A stretch of 64,000 bases of DNA from an uncultured Alphaproteobacteria bacterium (GCA_944390225.1 CALXPB010000003.1:29905-93904), one strand, 5' to 3'. Counted from the stretch's first letter, positions 9,437 through 20,375 are shown. The notes: generated by a model not told the origin, from the sequence alone. Program-made: numbers and translations.

Positions 9437-9711
9437 AATTTTTGCTCCTTAAATTTTTTACCAGAAAACCAACACACAAAAAACACATCAAGAGCGAACA
9501 CTCGCCGGTTGATGTTCCACACGCATACCGCGTACTGGTTTAATTGTAATGGCAATCTCTGGGATTTGCAAACTGATTATTATTCAAAAAAGCCCAAAAG
9601 TCAACTGTTTTAATCAGTTAAAATATTTTCTATTTTTATTATCATAAAGTATGTTATAATCCAGACGATGTATATATACCTATACATTTGCTTTAACACA
9701 AAGGAGAAAGT

Positions 9712-10128
9712 ATGAAAAAAGTTCTATCATTAGCCGTATTACTTGCAGTTCCGCTTCTTGCAGGTTGCGGGCCTGAAAAAGCCACACCAGAGGATTATGC
9801 TATTTTACAAACTCAGATACAAACTGCCATACAAAAACAACCTTTAAGTGCGGTTGGTATTGGAAACCAAGGTGATTATATTGTAAAACTGGAAAAGACC
9901 GAAGAACTAATAAAAATCGCAAACAAAAAGAAAACTGCTAAATTTTTATCAACTGAAAACCCTGCACAATATGTAGAAGAGGGTTATTGCTTATTAAACA
10001 TAATCCCAGTACCTACAATGAAAGCCATTTCCTCTGAGGAAAACACTTGCTATATGCGACTTTTCTGTGGAACGGCAGAAGATATGAACACTGATAAAAT
10101 GTATGCAGTGGAACTGTGCGAAAAATAA
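9712..10128 (+). CDS. Lipoprotein, unknown function
   Basis: 138-aa ORF with signal peptide and lipobox LLAGC. An AGGAG SD lies upstream. Confidence 0.6.
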   Translation: MKKVLSLAVLLAVPLLAGCGPEKATPEDYAILQTQIQTAIQKQPLSAVGIGNQGDYIVKLEKTEELIKIANKKKTAKFLSTENPAQYVEEGYCLLNIIPVPTMKAISSEENTCYMRLFCGTAEDMNTDKMYAVELCEK

Positions 10129-10143
10129 AAAAACATAAAGAAA

Positions 10144-10171
10144 CAAAAAACCCGATTAAATCGGGTTTTTT
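10144..10171. terminator. Bidirectional terminator between the lipoprotein gene and gdh
   Basis: Hairpin aaaaaacccga-ttaaa-tcgggtttttt between convergent genes. Confidence 0.75.
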
Positions 10172-10172
10172 G

Positions 10173-11426
10173 TTAACACCAACCGCGTAATTTCATTGCC
10201 CCAGCGACTCGTTTTATAGAGTGCATATAAGCCGCTTCACGCATAGGAACGTTGTATTCTTCTTTTATCTTATAAATGGCGTCAAAAGCACTTTTCATTG
10301 CAGTTTCTTCTTTTTGTTCTACTTCTGCTTCGGTCCAATAATAACCATAACGATTTTGTACCCATTCAAAGTAAGATACTGTTACCCCCCCAGAATTAGC
10401 CAAAATATCCGGAACAACGGTCACCCCTTTTTTCAACAATATTTCTTCTCCTTCCAAAGTGGTTGGACCATTTGCGCCTTCGACGACAAGTTTTGTGTTT
10501 ATTAATGGTGCAGTTTCTTTATTAATCGTATTCTCCATGGCGCACGGTGCAAGAACGTCTACATTCAACCCCCAGAACTCTTCCGCCGTAATTTCTTTTG
10601 CGTCAGGGAAATCTTTTATACTGCCTTTGTTATCATTCTTATATTTTAACAAGGCTTCTATATTCAACCCGTTTTCGTTGTATAAAATAGTATTCCACTC
10701 TGCAATTGCGATTATTCTTGCGCCCATATCACTGCTGCATTTAGCGGTAAAACTGCCTACATTTCCGAAACCTTGAATTGCTATACAAGCATCTTTTATT
10801 TCTTTACCGTGTTTTTTCAAAGCCTCTGAAATTATGATAGAAATACCAAGACCAGTTGCTTTTGTGCGCCCCAAAGATCCGGATAGTTCAACAGGTTTTC
10901 CTGTGAAAGTACCGAAAGACGCATCACCTGACAACTTTATATACTCGTCAATCATCCACGCCATAATCTGCCCGTTTGTATTTACGTCTGGGGCAGGGAC
11001 ATCTTTCTTTTCTCCCAATATCGGATAAATAGCATCGACATAACCACGGCATAAACGTTCTAGTTCACCGTTAGACAAAGTCTTTGGGTCGACTATTACG
11101 CCTCCTTTTCCTCCGCCGTATGGGATACCTGTAACAGCGCATTTGAAAGTCATCCAAATAGATAGTGCGGCAACTTCATCTTTACTTACGGCAGGGTGAA
11201 ATCTGACGCCTCCCTTTGAAGGTCCTATGGCAGTATTATGTTGAGAACGGTAACCTGTAAAAACCTTTATTGTTCCGTCATCCATTTTAACAGGGATTGA
11301 AACTTCTAGTATTCTTTGCGGATTTTTCAATATTTCATAAACATTTGCATCTAAGCCTAGTTTATCGCAAGCCACTTTTACGCGTTGTTGAGCGGCTAAT
11401 AGCGGGTTCATATTTTCATTTGCCAT
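10173..11426 (-). CDS. gdhA: Glutamate dehydrogenase (Glu/Leu/Phe/Val dehydrogenase family)
   Basis: 417-aa ORF with KGGVRFHP, PYGGGKGG and the dinucleotide-binding GFGNVG motifs. Confidence 0.9.
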   Translation of the reverse strand: MANENMNPLLAAQQRVKVACDKLGLDANVYEILKNPQRILEVSIPVKMDDGTIKVFTGYRSQHNTAIGPSKGGVRFHPAVSKDEVAALSIWMTFKCAVTGIPYGGGKGGVIVDPKTLSNGELERLCRGYVDAIYPILGEKKDVPAPDVNTNGQIMAWMIDEYIKLSGDASFGTFTGKPVELSGSLGRTKATGLGISIIISEALKKHGKEIKDACIAIQGFGNVGSFTAKCSSDMGARIIAIAEWNTILYNENGLNIEALLKYKNDNKGSIKDFPDAKEITAEEFWGLNVDVLAPCAMENTINKETAPLINTKLVVEGANGPTTLEGEEILLKKGVTVVPDILANSGGVTVSYFEWVQNRYGYYWTEAEVEQKEETAMKSAFDAIYKIKEEYNVPMREAAYMHSIKRVAGAMKLRGWC

Positions 11427-11561
11427 TATGACATCTCCCTTTTTTATATTTAAGCATAATTAACGGTAGGACTGAAAAAAGTAAAAAGCAACAGGAAAAA
11501 CGAAAATAAGTTTTATACTGGACATTTAGTAAACAAGGTTATAAAATCTCTCCATAAAACA

Positions 11562-11635
11562 GCGGGCGTGGTATAATGGTAGCACGTCAGCTTCCCAAGC
11601 TGAAGACGAGGGTTCGATTCCCTTCGCCCGCACCA
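11562..11635 (+). tRNA. tRNA-Gly (anticodon CCC), CCA encoded
   Basis: Hand-folded cloverleaf. The acceptor is GCGGGCG/CGCCCGC, the anticodon arm is TCAGC-TTCCCAA-GCTGA, and the T-loop is GGTTCGATTCC. It is near-identical in layout to E. coli tRNA-Gly(CCC). Confidence 0.92.
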
Positions 11636-11641
11636 AAAAAT

Positions 11642-11671
11642 AAAACCAACATTACGTTGGTTTTTGTTTTT
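11642..11671 (+). terminator. Rho-independent terminator after tRNA-Gly
   Basis: Hairpin aaccaac-attac-gttggtt followed by a T-run. Confidence 0.65.
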
Positions 11672-11830
11672 TTGATTTGTCGGCGACGGAATAGAACCTG
11701 ACACAGAAAATTCGGAATGTAGCGTATTTGCGCATAGTGAAAGGGACCCGCCAAAATCACCAAAATTATATCATACGATTGGATTGATTTCGGCAGGAAA
11801 TCATACATTCCTTTCGTCCGCACTGGATAC

Positions 11831-11860
11831 AAATAAAAAATGGGTTGTTTAAACCCATTT
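11831..11860 (-). terminator. Rho-independent terminator after the LysM operon
   Basis: Hairpin aatgggtt/aacccatt followed by TTTTTTATTT on the minus strand, 3 nt after the stop at 11863. Confidence 0.65.
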
Positions 11861-11862
11861 TC

Positions 11863-12132
11863 TTATTTGATTTTATTTTGCCTGTTTTGCATTATTTCTT
11901 CCATCTGCTGCTTAATTTCAAAATATTTGTTATTAATTGATTTTAATAATTTCTTATTACCATTATTCGTAGCAGCAGATTTTTTAAGTTTTTCTATTTG
12001 TCTTAATATATCATAACAGTTATATAATCTTGCAGTCATTTCTAACGAAGTCAGCATAGAAAGCAAACTTCCGATTTCAGAAACTTCTTTTTTGTCTTTT
12101 GAATTATGAAAACCTTTTCTTTTTTTATTCAT
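11863..12132 (-). CDS. Small Lys-rich helical hypothetical protein
   Basis: 89-aa ORF that overlaps the stop of the upstream LysM gene by 8 nt, which suggests co-transcription. No family recognised. Confidence 0.4.
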   Translation of the reverse strand: MNKKRKGFHNSKDKKEVSEIGSLLSMLTSLEMTARLYNCYDILRQIEKLKKSAATNNGNKKLLKSINNKYFEIKQQMEEIMQNRQNKIK

Positions 12133-13291
12133 TTTTTACCTCACCAACTGGTATTTGTAATAACTGTTCTGGATAAATTAAATCTGGGTTTTCTATATTA
12201 TTACGTTCGGCAATTATACTAAATAAGACACCTTTACGTAGAAAGTTCCGTGCAATTACCCATAAGCAATCACCTTTTCGAACCGTATAATAAGTATTAT
12301 CATCACCGGTCATTTCAGGCATTTCAAATGTGTGACCGACCTGAGCAATCGTACGACCATCACCGTCATGTAAACGAATTGTTAAAGTATATTTCTTACC
12401 GATTTCCAGTTGTCCTACATCCGCACCCAATCCAAAATACTTATGATCGGACACTTTGGCAACGCCCAGATATTTATCGTTTAACGCCAAAGACACACGC
12501 AAACGAGGTAGAGCATTTCCGTTAACAACTATACGTCCTGTATCCAGATAATCAATTTTAGACACGGATAAATCACCATCTGCCAATAAAGTAGGCGCCT
12601 GTAATAAAGTACTACCGTCAGCAGACATCAATAAGGAAATTGAATTCTTATACCCACGAGGTGAAATATATACAAAAACATTTTCTTCAGATTTTACTTC
12701 TGGATCAACACCAATTAAAGAAATTGTATAATTACCAGTTTCAAACTTACGAGTCGGGGCATATACAAATTCTCCGTTATCATCTGTACGTTCTGTCGCA
12801 ACAACTTTGTCGTCAATAAGAACAGAAATATTTCTGTTCGCCACCCAGCGACCCGCAATTACAACCGTTCCTTCGTCTTCAATACGAACGATATCAAATG
12901 TAGGGACAGAAACTTCTTCGACTTTACGCACTACGGGTTCCGGAACAACGGCCGATGTGTTAGTTGTCGCCACTGTCGTAACAGATTTTAACGGCGTAAT
13001 CATAACCCATATAGCAAGTAATATAACCAAAGCAACACAAGAAATAGGAAACCAATATGCAGAAATACCCGAAGGACGTTTTTCATTTTGTTCATTTATT
13101 GTTGCCGAAACAACTTTTGTATCAACTTCTTCTTTCGGTGCCGGTCGAGCAAAAATGTTCAAGGTTTTTAGAAAACGTCTTGCAAAATTACGGCGCTTTT
13201 CCATCCAAGAATTCTGCTGAGCGATCGATAAATTTATTAATTCTTCCGTTGAACGCTTCAATCTTTTAAAAAAAGTATTATTTTTTGACAT
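12125..13291 (-). CDS. Membrane-anchored LysM peptidoglycan-binding protein
   Basis: 388-aa ORF with one TM helix (WFPISCVALVILLAIWVMI), beta-rich repeats and a C-terminal LysM motif (YTVRKGDCLWVIARN...NPDLIYPEQLLQIP). Confidence 0.75.
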   Translation of the reverse strand: MSKNNTFFKRLKRSTEELINLSIAQQNSWMEKRRNFARRFLKTLNIFARPAPKEEVDTKVVSATINEQNEKRPSGISAYWFPISCVALVILLAIWVMITPLKSVTTVATTNTSAVVPEPVVRKVEEVSVPTFDIVRIEDEGTVVIAGRWVANRNISVLIDDKVVATERTDDNGEFVYAPTRKFETGNYTISLIGVDPEVKSEENVFVYISPRGYKNSISLLMSADGSTLLQAPTLLADGDLSVSKIDYLDTGRIVVNGNALPRLRVSLALNDKYLGVAKVSDHKYFGLGADVGQLEIGKKYTLTIRLHDGDGRTIAQVGHTFEMPEMTGDDNTYYTVRKGDCLWVIARNFLRKGVLFSIIAERNNIENPDLIYPEQLLQIPVGEVKNE

Positions 13292-13402
13292 ACCTATAAT
13301 CTCCTAAAACTTTTTTATGGTTGCTTTGGACAAATTATTGCAAATATAATTTCTTTGTCAATTTATTTGTGATATAATTAAAAAAAGCAAAGGGAACAGA
13401 AA

Positions 13403-14482
13403 ATGAAAAAAATAGGTATAATGACTACTGGAGGAGACTGTTCTGGTTTAAACACAGCGGTTCAACGTCTTTATCGTGCAGCAAGTTTACGCGGTTGGCG
13501 GGTTTTCGGTATTCTGGACGGCACCGACGGTTTATGTACGACACCACCGAAAGTTATTGAGTTTAATGAAGAAACTCTCCCGATAGAAAGCGCACGTTTG
13601 GCAGGTAGTTTTCTACATAACGGTCATGCAAACGCACTAAATTTTGAAACGGCGGTTGAGCATGGGAAAATTGAAAAATTCAATCAGAAATTACGTGAAT
13701 CTTTGTTAGAATTAAAATTAGATGCAATTGTTTTAATTGGCGGAAACGGCAGTTTATCTTTGGCTTGGTGCAACAAGGAAATATATAACGGATTACAGTT
13801 AGTTTGCATTCCAAAAACCATAGATATGGATATTCCGTTAACCGATAAAACGATAGGTTTTGATACGGCAGTACAGCAACTTACATCTTTCTGCGATCAG
13901 TTAATGATGACTGCACGCAGTCATCACAGATGGTTTGTCGTACAAACTATGGGACGCGATTGCGGGCAACTGGCATTAAACGCAGGAATTGCAATTGGAG
14001 CCAACGCAATTTTGATACCAGAAATAAAGTTTGATACGGATTCTTTAATTTCACACATTAAAAAATCTTTCATTGACTATGGTATAATTCTCGTTTCCGA
14101 GGGTATATCATTACGGGGACATTCTGGTCGTCCTGCTGATATGATTTCAAGGAAACTTACCGCAGCAGGAATAGTTAACAGAACTGCATTTCCAGAACAT
14201 ACTCAACGCGCCGGTGATACGGTCGCATCAGACCGAATTCTGGCGACTCGAATGGCCGACTGCGCAATAAATGCGATTGAAAATAACGAGACATATGTAA
14301 TGACCGCAATAAAAGATTCTAAATGTATAACCGTCGGATTAAATGAATTTTTTAATGCAGGCGAAATTTCTGACGACCCCAGAATTCCTGGTGTACAGAC
14401 ATCAGATGCTTTTGTATCACCGGAAAATCCGTTACTACAAATCGCTGTTAATATGGGAATTTATATTGGAGAAACCAAATAA
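13403..14482 (+). CDS. pfkA: 6-phosphofructokinase (ATP or PPi specificity not determinable by eye)
   Basis: 359-aa ORF with PFK family motifs MTTGGDCSGLN, GGNGS, PKTIDMD and TMGRDCG. Confidence 0.85.
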   Translation: MKKIGIMTTGGDCSGLNTAVQRLYRAASLRGWRVFGILDGTDGLCTTPPKVIEFNEETLPIESARLAGSFLHNGHANALNFETAVEHGKIEKFNQKLRESLLELKLDAIVLIGGNGSLSLAWCNKEIYNGLQLVCIPKTIDMDIPLTDKTIGFDTAVQQLTSFCDQLMMTARSHHRWFVVQTMGRDCGQLALNAGIAIGANAILIPEIKFDTDSLISHIKKSFIDYGIILVSEGISLRGHSGRPADMISRKLTAAGIVNRTAFPEHTQRAGDTVASDRILATRMADCAINAIENNETYVMTAIKDSKCITVGLNEFFNAGEISDDPRIPGVQTSDAFVSPENPLLQIAVNMGIYIGETK

Positions 14483-14514
14483 AAAAATCCCGCTTTTTAT
14501 TGCGGGATTTTTTT
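14483..14514. terminator. Bidirectional terminator between pfk and dnaK
   Basis: Hairpin atcccgc/gcgggat with flanking A- and T-runs. Confidence 0.75.
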
Positions 14515-14525
14515 ACACTAATTTT

Positions 14526-16418
14526 TTATTTTTTCTCAGAAAAATCTGCATCACGCGTACCGTCTTCATTTGACTTTGTTTCGTCATTTTGTTGCGCGGA
14601 TGTTTCCTGAGAAGCCTTGTAAACGGCTTCACCCAGTTTCATTGATTTTTCTGCCAACGCTTCGGTCTTGTTCTTTAAAGATTCCGCCGTCGCATCAGAT
14701 TTAGCCAGTTCATCAGCAAGTTCTTTCTTTGCATCTTCAATGGCTTTCTTTTCATCTTCACTTATCTTATCACCGTGTTCTTTCAAAGATTTTTCTATGC
14801 TGAATATTGCAGTTTCTGCATTATTCTTGGCTTCTGCTAACTCACGTTTTTTCTTATCAGCATCGGCGTTTGCAGCGGCTTCATCAACCATGCGTTTAAT
14901 TTCATCTTCTGACAAACCACCATCCGATTTAATTGAAATTGCCTGTTCTTTACCTGTGCCTTTATCCTTTGCCGACACATGAACGATACCATTAGCATCA
15001 ATATCAAAAGAAACTTCTATCTGAGGCATGCCACGCGGAGCAGGTGCAATACCTTCCAGATTAAACTGACCTAATAACTTATTATCTGCGGCCATATCAC
15101 GTTCACCTTGGAACACGCGAATTGTAACAGCAGACTGATTATCTTCCGCAGTACTAAACACCTGCGATTTTTTAGTGGGTATTGTCGTATTACGATCAAT
15201 CAAGCGAGTAAATACTCCGCCCAAAGTTTCGATTCCCAAAGACAACGGGGTAACGTCTAATAACAGAACGTCTTTTACGTCTCCTTTTAATACGCCCCCT
15301 TGGATTGCGGCACCTAATGCCACGACTTCATCTGGATTGACGCCCTTATGAGGTTCACGTCCAAAGAATTCTTTAACCGTTTCTGCTACTTTCGGCATAC
15401 GAGTTTGCCCACCGACTAAAATCACCTCATTAATCTGAGATTTATCCAAACCGGCATCTTTCAAAGCCTTTTGACAAGGTTCTATCGTCTTCTGAATTAA
15501 ATCGTCTACCAAAGATTCTAATTTTGCGCGCGTTAACGTCGTATTAAAGTGCTTTGGGCCAGATGCATCCGCAGTTAAAAACGGTAAGTTAATATCAGTA
15601 GATGTCTTTGATGACAATTCTATTTTCGCTTTTTCTGCGGCTTCTTTCAAACGTTGCAACGCCAATTTATCATTAGATAAATCTATACCGGTCTGAGCCT
15701 TGAACTCTTCAATCAAAAATTTTAGTATTCGCGCATCAAAATCTGACCCACCCAGTGCAGTATCACCGTTTGTAGACTTAACCTCGAAAACGCCGTCCAC
15801 AATTTCCAAAATAGAAATATCAAATGTACCGCCACCTAAGTCGTATACTGCGATTGTACCGTTTTTATTTTTATCCAAACCGTACGCCAAAGCCGCCGCA
15901 GTTGGTTCATTAACAATACGCAAAACGTTCAAGCCTGCAATACGACCGGCGTCTTTTGTTGCCTGACGCTGAGAATCATTAAAATAAGCAGGTACCGTAA
16001 TTACGGCGTCGTTTATTGTTTCACCCAAATACGCTTCTGCATCTTTCTTCAATTTTGCCAAAATCATTGCGGAAATCTGAGAAGGGGCATATTTTTTACC
16101 TTCCATTTCCACCCATGCATCGCCATTATCACCCGCAACTATTTTATAAGGAACGCGTGCCGCGATTTCTTTTACTGCGGGACTATCATAGCGCAATCCC
16201 ATTAAACGTTTAATTTCATAAATCGTATTTTCGGGGTTTGTAACCGCCTGATTCTTTGCGGTAATACCGACCAACTGTTCACCGTTAGAAGTCAATGCAA
16301 CTACTGACGGAGTTGTTCGCTGACCTTCTGAATTTTCGATAATTTTCGGTTCACTGCCGTCCATGAAAGCCATGGCCGAATTAGTTGTACCCAAATCAAT
16401 ACCTAATACTTTTCCCAT
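14526..16418 (-). CDS. dnaK: Chaperone DnaK (Hsp70)
   Basis: 630-aa ORF with [17 protein letters not shown] and [11 protein letters not shown] signatures. Confidence 0.97.
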   Translation of the reverse strand: MGKVLGIDLGTTNSAMAFMDGSEPKIIENSEGQRTTPSVVALTSNGEQLVGITAKNQAVTNPENTIYEIKRLMGLRYDSPAVKEIAARVPYKIVAGDNGDAWVEMEGKKYAPSQISAMILAKLKKDAEAYLGETINDAVITVPAYFNDSQRQATKDAGRIAGLNVLRIVNEPTAAALAYGLDKNKNGTIAVYDLGGGTFDISILEIVDGVFEVKSTNGDTALGGSDFDARILKFLIEEFKAQTGIDLSNDKLALQRLKEAAEKAKIELSSKTSTDINLPFLTADASGPKHFNTTLTRAKLESLVDDLIQKTIEPCQKALKDAGLDKSQINEVILVGGQTRMPKVAETVKEFFGREPHKGVNPDEVVALGAAIQGGVLKGDVKDVLLLDVTPLSLGIETLGGVFTRLIDRNTTIPTKKSQVFSTAEDNQSAVTIRVFQGERDMAADNKLLGQFNLEGIAPAPRGMPQIEVSFDIDANGIVHVSAKDKGTGKEQAISIKSDGGLSEDEIKRMVDEAAANADADKKKRELAEAKNNAETAIFSIEKSLKEHGDKISEDEKKAIEDAKKELADELAKSDATAESLKNKTEALAEKSMKLGEAVYKASQETSAQQNDETKSNEDGTRDADFSEKK

Positions 16419-16499
16419 TTTTTTACTCCTTCAAACTCTTTTACTAAGATACCATATAGTGAACAACAAATTTGATTTCAAGACCACAGGAAAAAAATA

Positions 16500-16530
16500 A
16501 TAAATAAAAAACGCTCTTTTCAGAGCGTTG
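16500..16530 (-). terminator. Terminator after rplY
   Basis: Hairpin aacgctct-tttc-agagcgtt followed by a T-run on the minus strand. Confidence 0.7.
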
Positions 16531-16552
16531 ATTATAAATATCGAGAAAAGAC

Positions 16553-17203
16553 TTATTTCTTTTCTGTGTTTTCTTCTGCCGATGGTGCGGGTGCCGTTGC
16601 AGGAGCAGTTGCAGCCGAATGTTTCGGCATATCTGTTTCTTCCGCCATTTTACCGCCAATCGCAACAAACGCTAATTCGGCCTGACGCAGTCCCAATTCC
16701 ACACCTTCGGGCAATACCAAATCTGAACCATGGACAGAGTCACCGATTTCTAGATTGGTTAAATCAATTGTAATTTTTTCTGGTATTTTGTCGACAAGCC
16801 CGCGTAAAGCGACCTTACGAACAGCAAAGTTCAATACGCCACCTAACTTTAACCCTTTTGATATTTCTGAGTTAACGACTTCTACTGGCACGCTAACATT
16901 AACAGGTTTCTTAACATCAATACGTTTAAAATCCGCATGAATAACCGCGTCAGAAACGGGATGATACTGCAGATCCATTAACATAGCATCTTCTGTACCG
17001 TTAGAGGTTTCTATTTTAAATAATTTTGTACGTAAACTAGGTGTCTTCAATAACATCTCGAAATCGCGTCCGTTTAATTCAATTGCAACCGGAGACTTTT
17101 TTTCACCGTATATTACGGCAGGGATGTTTTTGTTATTACGTATGCTACGTGCGGCCCCCTTGCCAGCAACGTTACGAATTTCTGCTTTTAAATTAATTGC
17201 CAT
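16553..17203 (-). CDS. rplY: 50S ribosomal protein L25/Ctc
   Basis: 216-aa ORF. The N-terminus matches L25 (RNVAGKGAARSIRNNKNIPAVIYG) and the C-terminal tail is Ala/Pro/Glu-rich. Confidence 0.9.
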   Translation of the reverse strand: MAINLKAEIRNVAGKGAARSIRNNKNIPAVIYGEKKSPVAIELNGRDFEMLLKTPSLRTKLFKIETSNGTEDAMLMDLQYHPVSDAVIHADFKRIDVKKPVNVSVPVEVVNSEISKGLKLGGVLNFAVRKVALRGLVDKIPEKITIDLTNLEIGDSVHGSDLVLPEGVELGLRQAELAFVAIGGKMAEETDMPKHSAATAPATAPAPSAEENTEKK

Positions 17204-17300
17204 TTTTAGTCCTTTTTATGAAAATTATTCATTTTACACGACCTCCAAGGGTGCCGTGTGAGGCATATTATTTACTAAAAATATTGATAAATCAAGGTTT

Positions 17301-17864
17301 TTATTTATTTTTTAGTTGCAGTATCAGAAAACGCGCTCGTCCATAAGTTTTGTCTCGCAGAACGACCCAGTTACCAACCGGCAAGGCGAAATTAGAGACT
17401 TCCTGTTCCCAGATTACCAATGCCCCGTCTTTTAGTTTTTTTGATAAAGAATCTATTAAAAAGCCTCCCATTTCGGCGTTTGCATAAGGAGCATCCACGA
17501 AAACAACGTCTGTATCTGTTGAAATTTCTTTAACCTTTATCAAGGCGTCCGCTTTTTCTATCCGAGCTTCCTGCCCCAGTTTTAATTCAGATAAATTTTT
17601 TCGAATCGTATTCATCGATTCATCGGAAACATCTGTAAAGAGAACTTCTGAATGCGGGTATCTGGACAAGAACTCTAACCCCAAAGCACCACTGCCTGCA
17701 AAAGCATCCCATACAATATATTTTCTATCTGCTTCAAGAATTCCAGACGCCAGCATATTAAATAACGCGGCTCTGGAACGGTTCTGCGTTGGTCTGGCGT
17801 CTTTGGAAAGGAATAATTTTCGCCCGTGGAATCTACCTGAAATGATTTGCAATTTTGAATTCAT
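17301..17864 (-). CDS. rsmD: 16S rRNA (guanine966-N2)-methyltransferase RsmD
   Basis: 187-aa ORF with the SAM motif DAFAGSGALGLEFLS and VFVDAPY (a DPPY-like motif). Confidence 0.85.
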   Translation of the reverse strand: MNSKLQIISGRFHGRKLFLSKDARPTQNRSRAALFNMLASGILEADRKYIVWDAFAGSGALGLEFLSRYPHSEVLFTDVSDESMNTIRKNLSELKLGQEARIEKADALIKVKEISTDTDVVFVDAPYANAEMGGFLIDSLSKKLKDGALVIWEQEVSNFALPVGNWVVLRDKTYGRARFLILQLKNK

Positions 17865-17881
17865 GTTATAAAGTGTATAAC

Positions 17882-18340
17882 ATGTCGTTTATGAAGCAAG
17901 CCTTAAATTTAGCAATTCGCGCACGATCACATAATGATGTGCCTATTGGTGCAGTAATTGTAAAGGACGGCAAAATAATTTCACGTGGAGAAAACCAAGT
18001 ACAGCAGAAAAATAACCCTATTTTACACGCTGAAATCGTCGCCATAAACAAGGCATGCAAAAAACTTGGGACAAAGTTTTTGGACGATTGCGATATATAT
18101 ATCAGTCTTGAACCTTGCGCAATGTGTGCAACCGCAATTTCACTTGCCAGAATTCGCAAAATATATTTTGCAGCCACAGACATAAAGGGCGGGGCAGTTC
18201 TGCATAACGCCAAGATATATGATACAGACCGCCATTTATGGAAACCTTTGGTTTATCAAACACCAGAATATGCAGACGAATCCGCAGACTTATTAAGAAA
18301 TTTTTTTCAAGAACGAAGAAAAAAGAAAAACGGCGAATAA
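17882..18340 (+). CDS. tadA: tRNA-specific adenosine deaminase TadA
   Basis: It has the CDA motifs HAEIVAI and LEPCAMCATAI. The ATG at 17882 is preferred over the TTG at 17855, which would overlap the rsmD start. Confidence 0.9.
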   Translation: MSFMKQALNLAIRARSHNDVPIGAVIVKDGKIISRGENQVQQKNNPILHAEIVAINKACKKLGTKFLDDCDIYISLEPCAMCATAISLARIRKIYFAATDIKGGAVLHNAKIYDTDRHLWKPLVYQTPEYADESADLLRNFFQERRKKKNGE

Positions 18341-18355
18341 AAGCGCCGTTTTTAT
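18326..18355. terminator. Bidirectional terminator between tadA and gpmI
   Basis: Hairpin cggcg/cgccg with A- and T-runs. It spans the tadA stop. Confidence 0.6.
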
Positions 18356-19827
18356 ATCAAACTTTTTCCTGTCATATCGCTTGGTTGGGACAAACCGAGC
18401 AATTTTAATATCGTTGGTGCAATATCCGCCAATCCGCCATTTGCCAGAGTCAGTTTTTCGTTTGACACTGCTATAAAGCGAACTGGATTGGTAGTATGTG
18501 CGGTCCAAGGCATATTATTTTCTTTGTCCCACATTTTTTCTGCGTTACCGTGATCAGCAGTAATTAAAACGATGCCCCCCAGGTTTAAAACCTCGGGCAC
18601 CAGTCTTGACAATTGAGCATCCAGAAATTCCATTGCTCGAACTGTTGCAGGTTCGTTTCCCGTATGTCCGACCATATCACCGTTAGCATAGTTTAATATA
18701 ACGACATCGAACTTAGTTAATTCGGGCAGCAGTGCATCTGTAATTTCGCGTGCAGACATTTCCGGTTTTAAATCAAAAGTAGCAACTGCCGGAGAATCTA
18801 TCAGTATCTTTTTTTCCCCTGGGAAGTCCACATTTTTTTCTGCATCAAAGAAATAAGTCACATGGTTATATTTTTCTGTTTCCGCGATACGCAACTGAGT
18901 TTTTCCATTTTTTGCCAGAACCTCGCCCAGAGTATTTATGACGGGTTCATCTGTTAATAGAGCGGGGCAGGCTTCATTTAAACCCTCGCCATACTGGGAA
19001 AAACATAACGTATAAGCACCCGTTTCAAGAATTGCACGGACTATTTGTCTTGCTCTATCACTGCGATAGTTTGCGAATAAAAAGCCGTCGTTTTTCGTCA
19101 AAGGCTTATCCCCGTCAATGACAACGGGTTTGATAAATTCGTCTGTTTCACCGCGGTTATAAGCATCTTGCAGAGCATCATCTATGTTACGTGCGGAGTA
19201 TTCTGATTTTGCCATTGCGATTGCGTTGAAAGCAAGGTTTGTTCTATCCAGATTTTTATTTCTATCCATTGCATAGTATCGCCCCGACAAAGTACCAAAG
19301 AACGCCTGCCCAGAGTCCAGAAATTCGCGTAAATCTTTTTTAATCAGTTTAATATACTCTGGAGCAGATTGGGGCAGAGTATCCCGACCGTCTGCAATGA
19401 AATGTATACAAAGTTTTAAACCGTCATTTAAAATTTTCTTTGCGATTACCAAGATTTCTTCTATATCGGAATGGACGCGTCCGTCTGACATCAGTCCTGC
19501 GACATGGACGATACCGTTATTTTTCTTAACTGTATTTATAAAATTGCGCAGAGGTTCGTTTTTATCCCAATTTTCCATTTGAAATCTGCGCAAGAATTGA
19601 TTTACCACCCGACCTGCACCGATAGTTATATGTCCGACCTCTGAATTTCCCATTGTACCGTCTGGTAATCCCACGGCAGTTCCGCTGGCATCAAGGACAG
19701 AATGCGGGTATTTTTCCAGCAAAGATTGAAAGAAAGGCATATCCGCCATTGCGACTGCATTATGCAGAGTATCATTATTTATTCCTACGCCGTCCATTAT
19801 ACAAAGGACCAATGGTTTATTAGTCAT
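18352..19827 (-). CDS. gpmI: 2,3-bisphosphoglycerate-independent phosphoglycerate mutase
   Basis: 491-aa ORF with iPGM motifs LCIMDGVG, GNSEVGH and ITADHGN. Confidence 0.92.
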   Translation of the reverse strand: MTNKPLVLCIMDGVGINNDTLHNAVAMADMPFFQSLLEKYPHSVLDASGTAVGLPDGTMGNSEVGHITIGAGRVVNQFLRRFQMENWDKNEPLRNFINTVKKNNGIVHVAGLMSDGRVHSDIEEILVIAKKILNDGLKLCIHFIADGRDTLPQSAPEYIKLIKKDLREFLDSGQAFFGTLSGRYYAMDRNKNLDRTNLAFNAIAMAKSEYSARNIDDALQDAYNRGETDEFIKPVVIDGDKPLTKNDGFLFANYRSDRARQIVRAILETGAYTLCFSQYGEGLNEACPALLTDEPVINTLGEVLAKNGKTQLRIAETEKYNHVTYFFDAEKNVDFPGEKKILIDSPAVATFDLKPEMSAREITDALLPELTKFDVVILNYANGDMVGHTGNEPATVRAMEFLDAQLSRLVPEVLNLGGIVLITADHGNAEKMWDKENNMPWTAHTTNPVRFIAVSNEKLTLANGGLADIAPTILKLLGLSQPSDMTGKSLI

Positions 19828-19958
19828 AGTTTCCTCTGGATTTATATTTTTAACTATTTAAGAGTATCATAAGGCTTTTTTGATTGCAAAACAAAAAGAA
19901 AAATTGTATAAATGTTATGTATATAGGAAGTATTTCATAAAGAAAGAGAGATAAGAAA

Positions 19959-20369
19959 ATGAGTGGAAAGACATTTAAACCAACATCTGTTGACGAGCAC
20001 ATTGGGCAGCGCGTTCAATTGCGTCGTCTGATGATGGGGTTATCGCAAAAAGATTTAGCGAAAATATGTGGTGTAACGTTTCAGCAGATACAGAAATATG
20101 AAAGTGCAGGGAACAGGATTTCTGCGTCTCGGTTATTTGAATTGAGTGCGGCACTGGAAACGCCTGTTTCATTTTTCTTTATGGGGTTACCTGGTAACAT
20201 GCCAGAGCCTACTCGGTCTGGAAAACTTCCCCGCGTATCAGAGCAAAAGGCCGACGACCCCTTGGCAAAGAATGAATCGTTACAAATAATTAATTTATAT
20301 TGGCGGTTACCCAGTGATGACCAGCGAAAGATGGTTATGAAGATGTTAAAAAGCCTGAACGGCGCATAA
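19959..20369 (+). CDS. XRE-family helix-turn-helix transcriptional regulator
   Basis: 136-aa ORF with the HTH motif LSQKDLAKICGVTFQQIQKYESAGNRISASRLFELS. Confidence 0.75.
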   Translation: MSGKTFKPTSVDEHIGQRVQLRRLMMGLSQKDLAKICGVTFQQIQKYESAGNRISASRLFELSAALETPVSFFFMGLPGNMPEPTRSGKLPRVSEQKADDPLAKNESLQIINLYWRLPSDDQRKMVMKMLKSLNGA

Positions 20370-20375
20370 AGAAAA

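Noticed and set aside
11679-11705. tcggcgacggaatagaacctgacac resembles the reverse complement of a tRNA 3' end (compare tRNA-Pro tcggggcgacaggaatcgaacctgcgac). It could be a decayed tRNA or att remnant near tRNA-Gly.
   Set aside because: Only the T-arm and acceptor-like ~25 nt match, and with gaps. No cloverleaf can be built from the flanking sequence. The orientation is opposite to tRNA-Gly, and no integrase or second repeat is present. The evidence is too weak to call.
11513-11832. Two minus-strand ORFs of 63 and 81 aa overlapping tRNA-Gly, and the 91-aa ORF at 57935-58210 spanning three tRNAs.
   Set aside because: They are read-throughs of tRNA genes. Peptides such as RRESNPRLQLGKL and GFESHQLH are reverse translations of T-arms and acceptor stems.
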